A stretch of DNA of 64,000 bases. Origin: Macrostomum lignano. Taxonomy: Eukaryota. The stretch spans positions 7,222-71,221 of the forward strand of contig NIVC01003890.1 in assembly GCA_002269645.1 (NCBI GenBank), read 5' to 3'. Position 1 is the first letter of the stretch. Every line of letters begins with the position of its first letter. The notes under the pieces were generated by a model. That model was not told where the DNA came from. It did not search any database and saw only the letters and a program-made list of their open reading frames with translations. Below, piece by piece: positions 1-12,560 of this stretch. A program made the translations under genes and the position numbers.

Positions 1-54
1 TTAATGATCTGTCAAACAAGGTCAGATTCCAATTGAATTTATTCCCTTTGTCGA

Positions 55-232
55 AACTATTCAGTCGAAACTACTCAGTCGAAACTATTGAGTTCACACT
101 ATTCAGTCAAAACTACTCAGTCAAGATTATTAAGTCTAAACTATTCAGTTGTAACTATTCAGTTGAAATTATTCTGTCTGTCAAAACTATTCAGGCGAAA
201 CTATTCAATCTAAACTATTGAGTGTGAACTAT
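55..232 (+). repeat. Degenerate ~12-bp tandem repeat (AAACTATTCAGT-like)
   Basis: Recurring aaactattcagt / aactattgagt variants visible directly; the overlapping 62-aa ORF is a repeat artefact. Confidence 0.7.
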
Positions 233-235
233 TGA

Positions 236-312
236 TTTGAGCTGCGTCAGTTAAGAGTTTGAAAAATTCACATTTTTAGACATCTGAAAAACACTTTTTT
301 ACAGAATTACCT
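236..312 (+). repeat. Diverged fragment of the dispersed repeat found at 3768-3844
   Basis: tttgagctgcgtcagtt...acagaattacct aligns with gaps to 3768-3844 and 4996-5072. Confidence 0.7.
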
Positions 313-2120
313 GTGAACTATTCAGTGTGAGTTATAGTGTGAACAATTGAGATTTATTGTTTGGTAAATAAATTGTGTAGTGCAGGAACTTTTTAGTTTG
401 TCTGTTGCCCAAATGGGCAGCCAAGAATGCTAGTAAAAGCTGGTTTCCTAAGGTGTGAATATTAATAATAAAGGTAGGATTGCTTTGAAACTATTCCTGA
501 AAGTAGCACCTATCACCTGCAAGTTGCAACAAATGTACAAAACTTACTATTGGCAGCAACAGAAGAAGCACTTGTATCCTTGTTAATGCTAGTGTTGTCC
601 TTGATGCTGTTTTTGTCGTTGCCCATCCTGTCTAAATAAACATGTTAGTAAATATTTCAGAATGATAAAGAAACTAATTAGCTAAACACAGAAAACATGC
701 TACTCTTTACCAAGTTAACTCAACTCTTTTCTGGTGGCAAATTTAGTTAAACTACGAACACTAGCACTGCTACTGGATTGTGGATTAATATGCTGCAGCA
801 TAATATACTGGCATATAGGCGGTGTGTGCCATGTAGTTTTTGTGCTTTCAACATTTTTTCTTGGATTTAGTGCATATTTTCTAGAGTTTTTTCAGGCATA
901 TTCCATGTTTTTGTACATGCTTCTAGGAATTCTATATCAGCAAAAAAACATCCCTTGGTAAAAATTCACCATAAACTAAGTGTCTAGCACTTTCAAGCAT
1001 TGCTTGATATAAGGAGCATTGGCATGTATATATTGTCTAGCAAAAATGCTAAATTTATAATAAATTGAGCAGAATTTATAAAAAGTGTCCACAAACTTCT
1101 ACCATTAAGCAGAGTACTACAGATATTTGTACTATGCTAAACATATGAAGAAATAAAAAGAATACTTACTTCAAAACTAAAGTCTTAAGTCAAAATTATG
1201 CAAACAAAAGGAAAATTCAAGTTAAATTTGACTGATAACTACAAAATAAAATGTGAAAGGATGAGTACTTTTAAAAGATATATGTAAATATGACTATAAT
1301 TTATAAAAATATGGAGCAAAAAGCAAAGCAGAGAAAAAAAACGTAAATATTTGGCAGAATACAATTAATTAGCTATAAAATAATATTAAAGTACTATACT
1401 TCAGTTATATTTCAAATAAAATTTGAAGCTTACACTTACAGTGTAAAACTGATAACAATTGAATATATTACAATTAAAACTTGTACTTGTAGAATATAAT
1501 ATATTGTACAATAATTATATATAATGTAGTAGGATACGAATAAATAGCGTAACAAAACCGAATATTATAGCTACAGATTGAAGCTTGAAAATATTTCAGA
1601 TTTAGATAGCGTTTGCTTAGATAAGTTGCTTTGAAAATTTGGGGTCAAATTTGTCCTACAGCAATAAACTACTGTTAACATAACCGATTTAAATTTAAAT
1701 TTTTGTAGAAATTATAAGGAACAGAACGACTGAAATGTACAGTTTAATTATTTCAAAATTAAATAATTTCGAATTCTATTTTACCTTATTGCTTTCTTCA
1801 ATTAAATTTTGTTATACAATTTATAAAATGCCTATTTTCAAAATATACCTCAAAAAGTAAGTTCAACAGCTTTAAAAATGCGCACGTTTTTACACTTCAC
1901 GGCTCCAAAAAGTCACCATAGAAGATTTTTGCAGGACGCAAGACTTTTTACGTTACAAAATAGCACTTTTATGTGCATTTTTTATTCAGTTTCAAAAGGC
2001 TTTTTAGTTACCTATTTGGTATTTTTTGTTTTAAAGATTTTTGCGAAATCAGGTCATTTTAACTTGTTACGAAACTGTGGACCCACACTTTTACGCAACG
2101 CAATGCGCATGATGTCATCT

Positions 2121-5100
2121 TAAAGCACTTGCTAAATGCTATTTATTGACACTACACTGAAGGCCTGGCGTAGGATAGTTAATAAATGGCAGCGTGAAAT
2201 ATAGCAAAAAAACGCATAGTACCGGAACCTCGTAATTCGGTAAAATGTTAATAGCGTCAAAATACGAATTTTCGCACACTAACGAAGATGGCAGTCATCT
2301 GTACGTGTTTACTGGGCACAATAGTGCTCTTGGAAGCTAAGAACCTCATAGCGAAAATTAATATATTTTCCGCCCTATGTAGTGCTCAAATGGGTTGTTT
2401 TTGCACAAAATCACGTTTTTCGATTTTGAGAGTCAATTAAAAATTTTTTTTGCAACTGACAGACGTGAATGTCACTTTTTCTGAGAGTATTCATCTAGAT
2501 GTTTCTAATAAGTACTAATATGGGTCATTCTTATGCTTCACCTATCCTTAGTATAGGTACAAAGTCATTATTTCATTTCCAGCAAGTCACGTGACCTGGC
2601 CTGAGGTGTACAACGCATCGTGCAATGCCAGCGAACATACACTCAAATTAAAGCACTTTTTAAATGCTAACTATTGACACCACACTGAAGGCCTGGCGTA
2701 GCATCGTTAATAAATGGCAGCGTGAAATATAGCAAAAAAACGCATAACACCGGAACCTCGTAATTCGGTAAATGTTATTAGCGTAAAAATACGAATTTTC
2801 GCACACTAACGAAGATAGCAGTCATCTGTACGTGTTTACTGGGCACAATAGTGCTCTTGGAAGCTAAGAACCTCATAGCGAAAATCAATAAATTTTTCAC
2901 CCTATGTGTGCTCATATAGGTTGTTTTTGCACAAAATCACGTTTTTCGATTTTAAAAGTCAATTATAACAAAATTTTGCAACTGACAGACGTGAATATCA
3001 TTTTTTCTGACAGTAGTCATCTAGGTGTTTCTAATAAGTACAAATTTTGGTTCATTCTTACGCTTCACCTATCCTTAGTATAGGTACAAAGTCATTATTT
3101 CATTTCCAGCAAGTCACGTGACCTGACCTGAGGTGTACAACGCATCGTGCAATGACAGCGAACATACATTCAAATTAAAGTACATCTAAAATGTAGTTCA
3201 ATGACACCAAGCGCGTCGCGCTCCGGTAATCCGCTCAAAAGTTACAGGCTAAAAAGTATGTTCGATATGCAAGCCCCCCGTACCGTCGTTAAAGTACATT
3301 TCTGTACCGGCAGCGACTTCAATAAACTAAGACGAAATTTCAAAATATACATATTGTGCGCAATTTAGTTGTGCACCTTGCCTAAAAAGTCTGATTTTCC
3401 TAGCATGTCGTCGTTTCTTATTTTTTGTACATTTGTATCATGAAAAATACATAAAAATAGCCTAAATCACGTTTATCGACTTTAGCAGTGTATGGCTCAG
3501 AGTCAGTGCAACGAAACGGCTCAAAATGTATTATAAACATGTAGATCTTACCTAAATGACCGCATTCATGTACTTTTTAGAGTCTCGCAACAAGGTTGAA
3601 TTTCCTTTATTTCGGTTCGAATACCTACCCGTCGAATATTCGAATGTAATTAACAGGTGCGAATGTACAGTTAAAGTGAGTATCTTGGTTAAAGTCGTGC
3701 GTCATGTAAGAGTCCCAGGTGCCATTGTTAGAATGACGCAGCTCAAAGGTCGCGCTGACGCGCGACCTTTGAGCTGCGTCAGTTGAAAGTTGATAAAAAT
3801 GCGCATTTTTTGACACTTAAAAAACACACTTTTACAGAATTACCTATCAAGGTAAGCATTTAGCGGAAAATAACCAATCAGTGTCTTGAAGGTCTGAAAA
3901 TTCGCCAAAAGTTGGGTTCAATCAATTTTTGACTCCATATTGTGAATCCTTATTTTTTGAGATTCAAGATTTGGACGGGTCTAAAAAAAGTCACTTTTTT
4001 GTTGCCATGGCAACCAAGACGCGTTGCTATGGAACTTTCACGTCACACATCTTGTAGCCCTAAATGTTTTACGTCCATAGAGGGGTCACACATGGTTTCA
4101 TCTCAAGTGGTTTTAACTCTGCATCAATTTTATTTTCTAAAACGTTGATTTTACGTTGGGGGAGTCTCCGGGACATCTTATCTCGGTCTCGTTTGTCCGA
4201 AAAAATTGCCAATTGCAAAAAAAAAAATATGGAACTTTCACGTCACACATCTTGTAGCCCTAAATGTTTTACGTCCATAGAGGGGTCACACATGGTTTCA
4301 TCTCAAGTGGTTTTACGTGGTGTAGCAAGTGGTGTAGCAAGTCACGTGACCTGACCTGAGGTGTACAACGCATCGTGCAATGACAGCGAACATACATTCA
4401 AATTAAAGTACATCTAAAATGTAGTTCAATGATACCAAGCGCGTCGCGCTCCGGTAATCCGCTCAAAAGTTACAGGCTAAAAAGTATGTTCGATATGCAA
4501 GCCCCCCGTACCGTCGTTAAAGTACATTTCTGTACCGGCAGCGACTTCAATAAACTAAGACGAAATTTCAAAATATACATATTGTGCGCAATTTAGTTGT
4601 GCACCTTGCCTAAAAAGTCTGATTTTCCTAGCATGTCGTCGTTTCTTATTTTTTGTACATTTGTATCATGAAAAATACATAAAAATAGCCTAAATCACGT
4701 TTATCGACTTTAGCAGTGTATGGCTCAGAGTCAGTGCAACGAAACGGCTCAAAATGTATTATAAACATGTAGATCTTACCTAAATGACCGCATTCATGTA
4801 CTTTTTAGAGTCTCGCAACAAGGTTGAATTTCCTTTATTTCGGTTCGAATACCTACCCGTCGAATATTCGAATGTAATTAACAGGTGCGAATGTACAGTT
4901 AAAGTGAGTATCTTGGTTAAAGTCGTGCGTCATGTAAGAGTCCCAGGTGCCATTGTTAGAATGACGCAGCTCAAAGGTCGCGCTGACGCGCGACCTTTGA
5001 GCTGCGTCAGTTGAAAGTTGATAAAAATGCGCATTTTTTGACACTTAAAAAACACACTTTTACAGAATTACCTATCAAGGTAAGCATTTAGCGGAAAATA

Positions 5101-5514
5101 ACCAATCAGTGTCTTGAAGGTCTGAAAATTCGCCAAAAGTTGGGTTCAATCAATTTTTGACTCCATATTGTGAATCCTTATTTTTTGAGATTCAAGATTT
5201 GGACGGGTCTAAAAAAAGTCACTTTTTTGTTGCCATGGCAACCAAGACGCGTTGCTATGGAACTTTCACGTCACACATCTTGTAGCCCTAAATGTTTTAC
5301 GTCCATAGAGGGGTCACACATGGTTTCATCTCAAGTGGTTTTAACTCTGCATCAATTTTATTTTCTAAAACGTTGATTTTACGTTGGGGGAGTCTCCGGG
5401 ACATCTTATCTCGGTCTCGTTTGTCCGAAAAAATTGCCAACGAGGAGCTACGCTCGCTTCGCTCGCTTCGCTCCTCGTTGGCAATTTTTCCGGACTGCAC
5501 TTCGACCTAACTAG
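2121..5514 (+). mobile_element. Non-autonomous Helitron-like element with internal tandem duplications
   Basis: Two diverged ~529-bp units (~2121-2650, ~2650-3180). A near-identical duplication at 1228-bp offset (3108-4212 vs 4336-5440). The end has a 26-bp inverted repeat (5423-5448/5470-5495, 1 mismatch) with a CGCTCGCTTCGCTCG loop, followed by CTAG|T at 5511-5515, the Helitron 3' signature. 5' end not located; no transposase ORF. Confidence 0.55.
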
Positions 5515-8187
5515 TTTGTTTGTCATTGTGCAGGCAATATGTACGAGTATCCAGCATGCAGTAAAGGCAACCAGCATGCAGGATATGCATGTTTATCGTA
5601 CCTAAAATTGTGCTGAATTCGCGTATAAACTGCTGACACGGGTGTAATTTTACGGCGTAACTAAACTTAATAAAAAACGGGACTGATTTTTTTAACTTGT
5701 AGTTCAATGGCTAGTGTTAACAACTTGTTTTGGTGTCAGGGTTAACACGCGCAGCTTGCTTGTTGCTGTAATGCTGGCATGCTAAGATTTTATTATTACA
5801 TACATATACATATATGTAATGCCGATTATTAAGCTTATGACATCACTTGTGGTAGCTGGCCTACAAAATTTTTGTTTAGTTTAGACAAATATGCCCTTGC
5901 CTAGTCCTTCTTAAGTTTAGTGTTTAGTTCGACTTCGACGTAGGGTAGGCCTAGGGCTATAAAACAAAGAAACAAGGAAACAAAGTAGTTGCATAAGAAT
6001 AATTGCTTAGTAGGCCTAAAGGCAAGCTAAAGGATATATATATAAAACAATTAGTGATAGCAGATAGGCCTAGGCCTATTGCCCTGGCCCCTGGGGCCTG
6101 GGCTAGGTTTATAACAAAACAGTTCAATTCCAATAACATTTATCAAATGTTAATTACACTATTTAGCAGGCCTACACTACACTTTGACTAAGTTAAGAAT
6201 TTAGGCCTAAGGCTAAGCTATTTATTTGTTAAGACCAAGTTGGTTTAAAATATTTGTGTAAATTTGTTTTTTAGGCCTATAAATAAATCTTTAAGGGGAA
6301 CCAGTTAATTTAGCAACAGGTTGACTCAGTGATAGTGACAAACAACCAATTTGATGACAGTCAGTTTGGCAACATATGAGGGGGTGGTTAAAACAGGACA
6401 GTAATTTGTCATCTATTGCATTGAGTTTGCTTATATACTCCAATTTCAAAATAAGCCAAAGTGGTAAGCCTCACACCACATGTATACATATAAGCTTTTT
6501 CACAATATAGTCATACCTTCTTATAGTAAAACAAATGTTGATACACTAGGCCTAAGAACAATTGTTAAAGAGACTAAACATCAAAAATCCTGGTTGAATT
6601 ATATTTTATACTGAGTCATATAGGCCTATACTTTGTTTTGGTTTTTGTTAGCTTGTGCCAGTTATATCAATAAGAGTGCTGGCTTTTGTACTCTGATACT
6701 GAAAATATATACAATTTAGGCTCAGCTAGAGATATGTGCAAATAAAATTAAAAAAGTAAAAATGAGCTATACTTGAATGTGTAGTCTTGCCTTGAACTCA
6801 GTGTTTTCAAGGACATGTGCACTAACAATGACACAGAAGCATGACATAGGAAGCTGAATTCCAGAGCACAGTGCGGTCAACTTTAGGTTACCTGCTGGTA
6901 TGGCTGTTGCACAAAGAGGCCCAGATAGTTGCAATCAAATTGTGGCTTGTTGCTCAAGGTGCTTAGCAAAAGCAACAAAGACAGAATTACTGTTGAATGG
7001 AATAGCAGTACTAGCACTTCTGGGGCAAATACATATCAGGAGTGTGGACTGCCAAAGCCTTGCTAGATTCATATAGCCTACTAAATGGCCCTAAATGATT
7101 TTTATGTTGTTGATTTTTTAACTACATTTATGCCTCTTATTTTATAGGGCCTATTATTGTATAGCCTAGTCTACCTAGTTTTAACTTTTAAACTTTTAAC
7201 TAACTTTTTAACTTGTCAATTGTTTGATTGGCAACTTAAAATGCTATGACAAATTAGCATTATTCATGTAACTATTCTGTCACATACCTATTATATGTTT
7301 ATAATTATAACCTAAAATTATAATTATATTATAATTCAATTTTGCTTCCTATGCCTTAGGCTAGGAAGCTAAATGTATATACTAAATTCTAAATTCTAAC
7401 ATGCTAAATTTCTTTTTTTATTAGGCCTATTTTATACTCTTCTTTTCTACCTTATTTATATTGCACAATTATTTTCCTCTTGTTTATCATGCCATACCAT
7501 ATTGCCAAAAGGAAAAAGGTCTATTTAGCTATGCTAGGACCTATGCTATGCTTGAAACAAAGGTAGTAATTATCCTTCATAAAAATGATATATTTTTCTA
7601 TAGGGTTTTTTTATACTATACCATTTTTCTCTGTTGATATATCATGGAATATGCTACAACAAACTAAGATATAAGTTAATTATTGTTTTTTTATCTTTCA
7701 TTCAAAACATAATGTTGTTATTTTCTGCATGAACTTGGATTATCAACAATAAAAACAGTCAGACTTGAATTAAAATCTTTGTCAGTTTTAAAGAACTTGT
7801 TTAGAAAAGTAATATCAAAACAGTACAAGCATTGCTTGCAACATATTAATGTTGCATTTTTAAATCTGGTTTCTACAACTTCTATTGGATTCTGACATCT
7901 TTTTTCAATAATAATGTAAGTTTTTTCATTTAGATGTGCATTTGCTCAGGAATCAGTGGAATGGGCAGAATTGCCTCAGCTCTGATTTTGTTGTGGGACA
8001 ATTTTGCCAAATTATCACCAATTGTCACAGCTCAGTCTCTGATCATTTAGCCAATGTCACGTGACTTGGAGCCTGTAAAGCAACCCTTCCCTTGACCCTG
8101 GCGATCTTAACAAAGCTTATCCGAGTTGGGAGCGTGTGCTGCTATCTACAGTGTACAGTGCTATATATTTTACTATATCTATCTGTA

Positions 8188-8400
8188 GGGGGTTGTAGCC
8201 TAGGGGTCAGAGTGTTGGACTCACGACTTGAAGGTCGGGGGTTCGATTCCCGATCCCACTGGAACAATTTGTGTCCTTGAGCAAGACACTTGAACTCTAC
8301 ATTGCTTCAGTTCACCCGGCTGTAAAATGGGTGCCAGCATTAGCTGGGGTAATTGGGGGGTTTGGCGACCCCCCCAGTCCAATTACACCAATTGGGGCAG
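8188..8400 (+). mobile_element. tRNA-derived CORE-type SINE, copy 1 (family A)
   Basis: A-box-like TAGCCTAGGGG, B-box GGTTCGATTCC (8240-8250), then TGTGTCCTTGAGCAAGACACTT...CTGTAAAATGGG resembling the MIR/CORE domain. A second copy lies at ~60206. Confidence 0.85.
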
Positions 8401-8445
8401 GTGTAATTAATTATATTAATTATCTGTACACCAAACATCCCGCAG

Positions 8446-10256
8446 GGGATCACGCGGCGGACCCGAATTTAATGCTGAAGAAGAACCGCAGACCACTGTG
8501 TACATTGGAAACCTGCCTAGCGACTCAATTCAAGGCGATGTTGAGCACATTTTTAGCGCCTGCAAAATCCGCAGCATTCGGATGGTTCGCGACAGGGAGA
8601 CTGACGCGTTTCGCGGCTTTGCGTATGTGGAGTTCGAGGACACGGTCTCTGTGAAAAAGGCTCTGGAGCTGAATGGCGCTGTACGTGACCTTGATTTGAT
8701 TCTTTTATTGATTTTTTGGACTAAAGGATGATTTTCAGATTGAACTGCCTGCCACTTGCATCCCCTCTCAGATCCTCAGATTGAACTGCCTGTCACCTGC
8801 ATCCCCTCTCAGATCCTCAGATTGAACTGCCTGCCACCTGCATCCCCTCTCAGATCCTCAGATTGAACTGCCTGTCACCTGCATCCCCTCTCAGATCCTC
8901 AGATTAAACTGCCTGTCACCTGCATCCCCTCTCAGATCCTCAGATTGAACTGCCTGCCACCTGCATCCCCTCTCAGATCCTCAGATTGAACTGCCTGTCA
9001 CCTGCATCCCCTCTCAGATCCTCAGATTAAACTGCCTGTCACCTGCATCCCCTCTCAGATCCTCCGATTGAACTGCCTGTCCCCTGCATCCCCTCTCAGA
9101 TCCTCAGATTGAACTGCCTGCCACCTGCATCCCCTCTCAGATCCTCAGATTGAACTGCCTGTCACCTGCATCCCCTCTCAGATCCTCAGATTGAACTGCC
9201 TGCCACCTGCATCCCCTCTCAGATCCTCAGATTGAACTGCCTGTCACCTGCATCCCCTCTCAGATCCTCCGATTGAACTGCCTGTCCCCTGCATCCCCTC
9301 TCAGATCCTCAGATTGAACTGCCTGCCACCTGCATCCCCTCTCAGATCCTCAGATTATAAATCTTTAGTTTAGACAATAAAACAAATGAAAAACTTTACC
9401 TACACGTTCATTTCAGCTCTACGATGGCAAAGAGTTGAAAATTGACGTTGCCCAAAACCGCAATAGAAATGGCGGATTTCGAGGCGGTAAGAGTCTTTTG
9501 TGTCTTCTGCATTAAATATTTTACTCTTCTCCTACTTAAAGTAAAGAAATAATTAAAAGCTCAGTCCATCTACTTACAGTAGAAAAAGCAGGATTTATTA
9601 CAAGTGCAAAATGCATAACAACCGCAGGTCGCGGCGGCGGCGGCGGCCCTCACCAACACCACGGCAACATGCGAGGCGGCGGCGGCAGCGGCTTTCAAAA
9701 CTATGGCGGCGGCTCCATGGAGTTCACCAGGGGCGGCGGCCGCGGCGGCCGAGGAGGCGGCGGTCGCGGCCGCGGCGGTGGGCCCGGCGGGCCGCCCCAG
9801 TATCAGCAGAATTTCCAGCCCCCCTATCATCATCATAATCAGCCAAATTATTATCCGCCCCAGCATCACAGCCAGGGCAATGGCCGCGGCGGTCGAGGCG
9901 GCGGTCCGCCATTTCACGGCGGAGGTGGCGGTGGCGGCCCGCCATTCCAGGGTGGCGGCCCGCCATTCCAGGGCGGCGGCCCGCCATTCCAGGGCGGCGG
10001 CCGACGCCAGCGCCAGGGCTCCAGCGGCGGCGGCGGCCGCAAGTCTGAGTCATCTTCGCCGCCTCCCCCGCCAGCCCCCGGCCGTCCGAAGCTGAAGCTG
10101 CTGCCCCGGACAGTGGCCGAACCGGTAAACGCTGAGCCACCTCGTAACTCCTCGATTTTCGGGTCTGGTCGGCCGCGCCCACCGACGCCGCCGAGCGCTG
10201 AACAGTCTGGCGACAGCGGCGCCGCCGAAGGAGGCGCCGCTGCTCCTAGCGAGTGA
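8446..10256 (+). CDS. EIF4H: Eukaryotic translation initiation factor 4H (RRM plus RGG/Gly-rich region); first coding exon not located
   Basis: Exons 8446-8680, 9417-9486, 9628-10256 join in phase. RRM TVYIGNLP...RFRG-type RNP1 (FRGFAYVEF)...ELKIDVA and C-terminal RPKLKLLPRTVAEPVN...SSIFGSGRPR match the eIF4H-specific motifs. Confidence 0.9.
8736..9356. repeat. 41-bp minisatellite, ~15 copies, eIF4H intron
   Basis: Unit CAGATTGAACTGCCTGTCACCTGCATCCCCTCTCAGATCCT. Confidence 0.95.
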
Positions 10257-10495
10257 TCCAATTATTGATTGATTGATAAACAGATTGATTAACGGGGTAG
10301 ATTTCACGTTGAAAAGGTCACCGTGACAAGAATGGCTAATGAGTCATTGCAAACAGCTCTATACACAGTGATTTTGTGACTCTTGTGACTTTTTAACAAC
10401 TCAAACGACTGCAATGTGACAGAAAGGCGGCTCTTGAGTCACGAGCGCACACGTGAGTTGCAGAATTGTAAAAGAGTCGCTATGGCCCCAGAGTG

Positions 10496-10970
10496 GGAGG
10501 GTGCTTAGATTGTGAGTGAGAGGGTGCTTATATTTTGAGTGAGAGGGTGCTTAGATTGTGAGTGAGAGGGTGCTTATATTGTGAGTGAGAGGGTGCTTAG
10601 ATTGTGAGTGAGAGGGTGCTTAGATTGTGAGTGAGAGGGTGCTTAGATTGTGAGTGAGAGGGTGCTCAGATTGTGAGTAGGAGGGTGCTTAGATTGTGAG
10701 TGAGAGAGTGTTTAGATTGTGAGTGAGAGAGTGCTTAGATTGTGAGTGGGAGAGTGCTTAGATTGTGAGTGAGAGAGTGCTTTGATTGTGAGTGAGAGGG
10801 TGCTTACATTGTGAGTGAGAGAGTGCTTATATTGTGAATGAGAGGGTGCTTATATTGTGAATGGGAGGGTGCTTAGATTGTGAGTGGGAGGGTGCTTAGA
10901 TTGTGAGTGAGAGGGTGCTTAGATTGTGAGTGAGAGGGTGCTTAGATTGTGAGTGGGAGGGTGCTTAGTA
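10496..10970. repeat. 23-bp minisatellite, ~20 copies
   Basis: Unit GAGGGTGCTTAGATTGTGAGTGA. Confidence 0.95.
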
Positions 10971-12089
10971 GGAGGGTACTGTTTTCATCTTGTTCAGATT
11001 TGACGCTGGATGCCAGAGCCCTCAGTTGTCGTGTGTGAAACCTCTGTCTCCCTTCCTAAACTGATTGTTATTAATGACATCCTTGCAAAGTTAGCCATCT
11101 GTTTACTATTAATATTCTTGTACTAATCCTGTTTCCTGTCCAAAGCAGAAAGGCTCCAGTTCGGAAAAATCTGTCATAAAATGCGCATAAGTGTTTTTTC
11201 TTACTACTGCTCAGCAACACCATAGTAGTGTAGAAGAATATTATTCAAAAAAGCAAACTCGTTCCCCAAATTATTCATATTTTTGTCATTTTTCTCTATT
11301 TGTTAAAACATAATTTGGTGAGCAAAATCGGTGCAATCTGTCTAATGTAAAACCAACAAACTGGTTTTTCTCTCATTCGTCTTCTCAGTTCTGCTTGTTT
11401 GTTTGTTTATTTACTTTCAAATTAATTTCAAACACAGGCGAAAATTCAAAACATTTATTAACGGAGTTTGGGCTGCCAGTGGGTGTTTCGTCAATAATTA
11501 TTTTTGAAGAAGTCTTGGTTTTTAAAGTCTGACTGTTTTAATTGTGTTTTTTCTGTTGCTTTTGTTTTGCATTTATGTGTGCCTGTGTGTTCGGTTTATG
11601 TTTAAAAATTTGATTCTCTTGTTATTATCCTATATCTACGTAACATATAAAATAGTTTATGTAGCATTACTACTTCGGTAAAATACACCCACATTGTGCA
11701 TGCATATATAAATATTTTTTCTCTGCAAAGGCATCCCAATATTACTGAAATTTTAATCTACTATTATTAATGTAATGCCCCATTGTTTTTTGTCTCCCGC
11801 CCCCATCGGCCCTTCATTAATTTGGTTTTTAAACATGCGCAGCTGATTCGTTGGAAAAGAGCCATTGCAGACCAATACGTTCGATTCTGTGCATTACACT
11901 GAATCACTCAGCGTGGTGCAAAAATAAACAAGAAGAAGGTTTGTGTACCTGGCCAGCAAATAGTGATTACTCATTCTGTTTGCTGCCTGATTTGTTGAAT
12001 GAAAAACATTTTGCGAATTTGCTGCATTCTTTTTTTGCTTTTGTGATCGATCCGGACTTCCTGATGTCAGGTCACTGGTAACTGGTCTT

Positions 12090-12560
12090 TTCCTTCCCTT
12101 CCTGTTCCTCTCTCCCTTCCTGTCCCTCTCTCCCCTCCTGTCCCTCTCTCCCTTCCTGTCCCTCTCTCCCTTCCTGTCCCTCTCTCCCCTCCTGTCCCTC
12201 TCTCCCTTCCTGTCCCTCTCTCCCCTCCTGTCCCTCTCTCCCTTCCTGTCCCTCTCTCCCTTCCTGTCCCTCTCTCCCTTCCCTTCCTGTCCCTCTCTCC
12301 CTTCCCTTCCTGTCCCTCTCTCCCTTCCCTTCCTGTCCCTCTCTCCCCTCCTGTCCCTCTCTCCCTTCCTGTCCCTCTCTCCCTTCCTGTCCCTCTCTCC
12401 CTTCCTGTCCCTCTCTCCCTTCCTGTCCCTCTCTCCCTTCCCTTCCTGTCCCTCTCTCCCTTCCCTTCCTGTCCCTCTCTCCCTTCCCTTCCTGTCCCTC
12501 TCTCCCTTCCCTTCCTGTCCCTCCCCTTGTCCCTCTCTCTCTCTTACTGTTCCTCTCTTC
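12090..12560. repeat. 18/23-bp polypyrimidine minisatellite
   Basis: Unit CTTCCTGTCCCTCTCTCC with an optional extra CTTCC; almost pure pyrimidine on +. Confidence 0.95.

Noticed and set aside
5537-5550. Candidate eIF4H micro first exon (ATG TAC GA|GTATCC)
   Set aside because: Phase fits but the donor is weak and there is no independent support.
3556-5707. Duplicated small ORFs (76, 63, 68 aa) as a gene pair
   Set aside because: They simply reflect the 1228-bp DNA duplication; no homology or coding-like composition.
8188-8260. tRNA genes at 8188, 25288 and 60206
   Set aside because: A/B boxes are present but there is no complete cloverleaf or acceptor stem; they continue into SINE bodies, and family A has two diverged copies.
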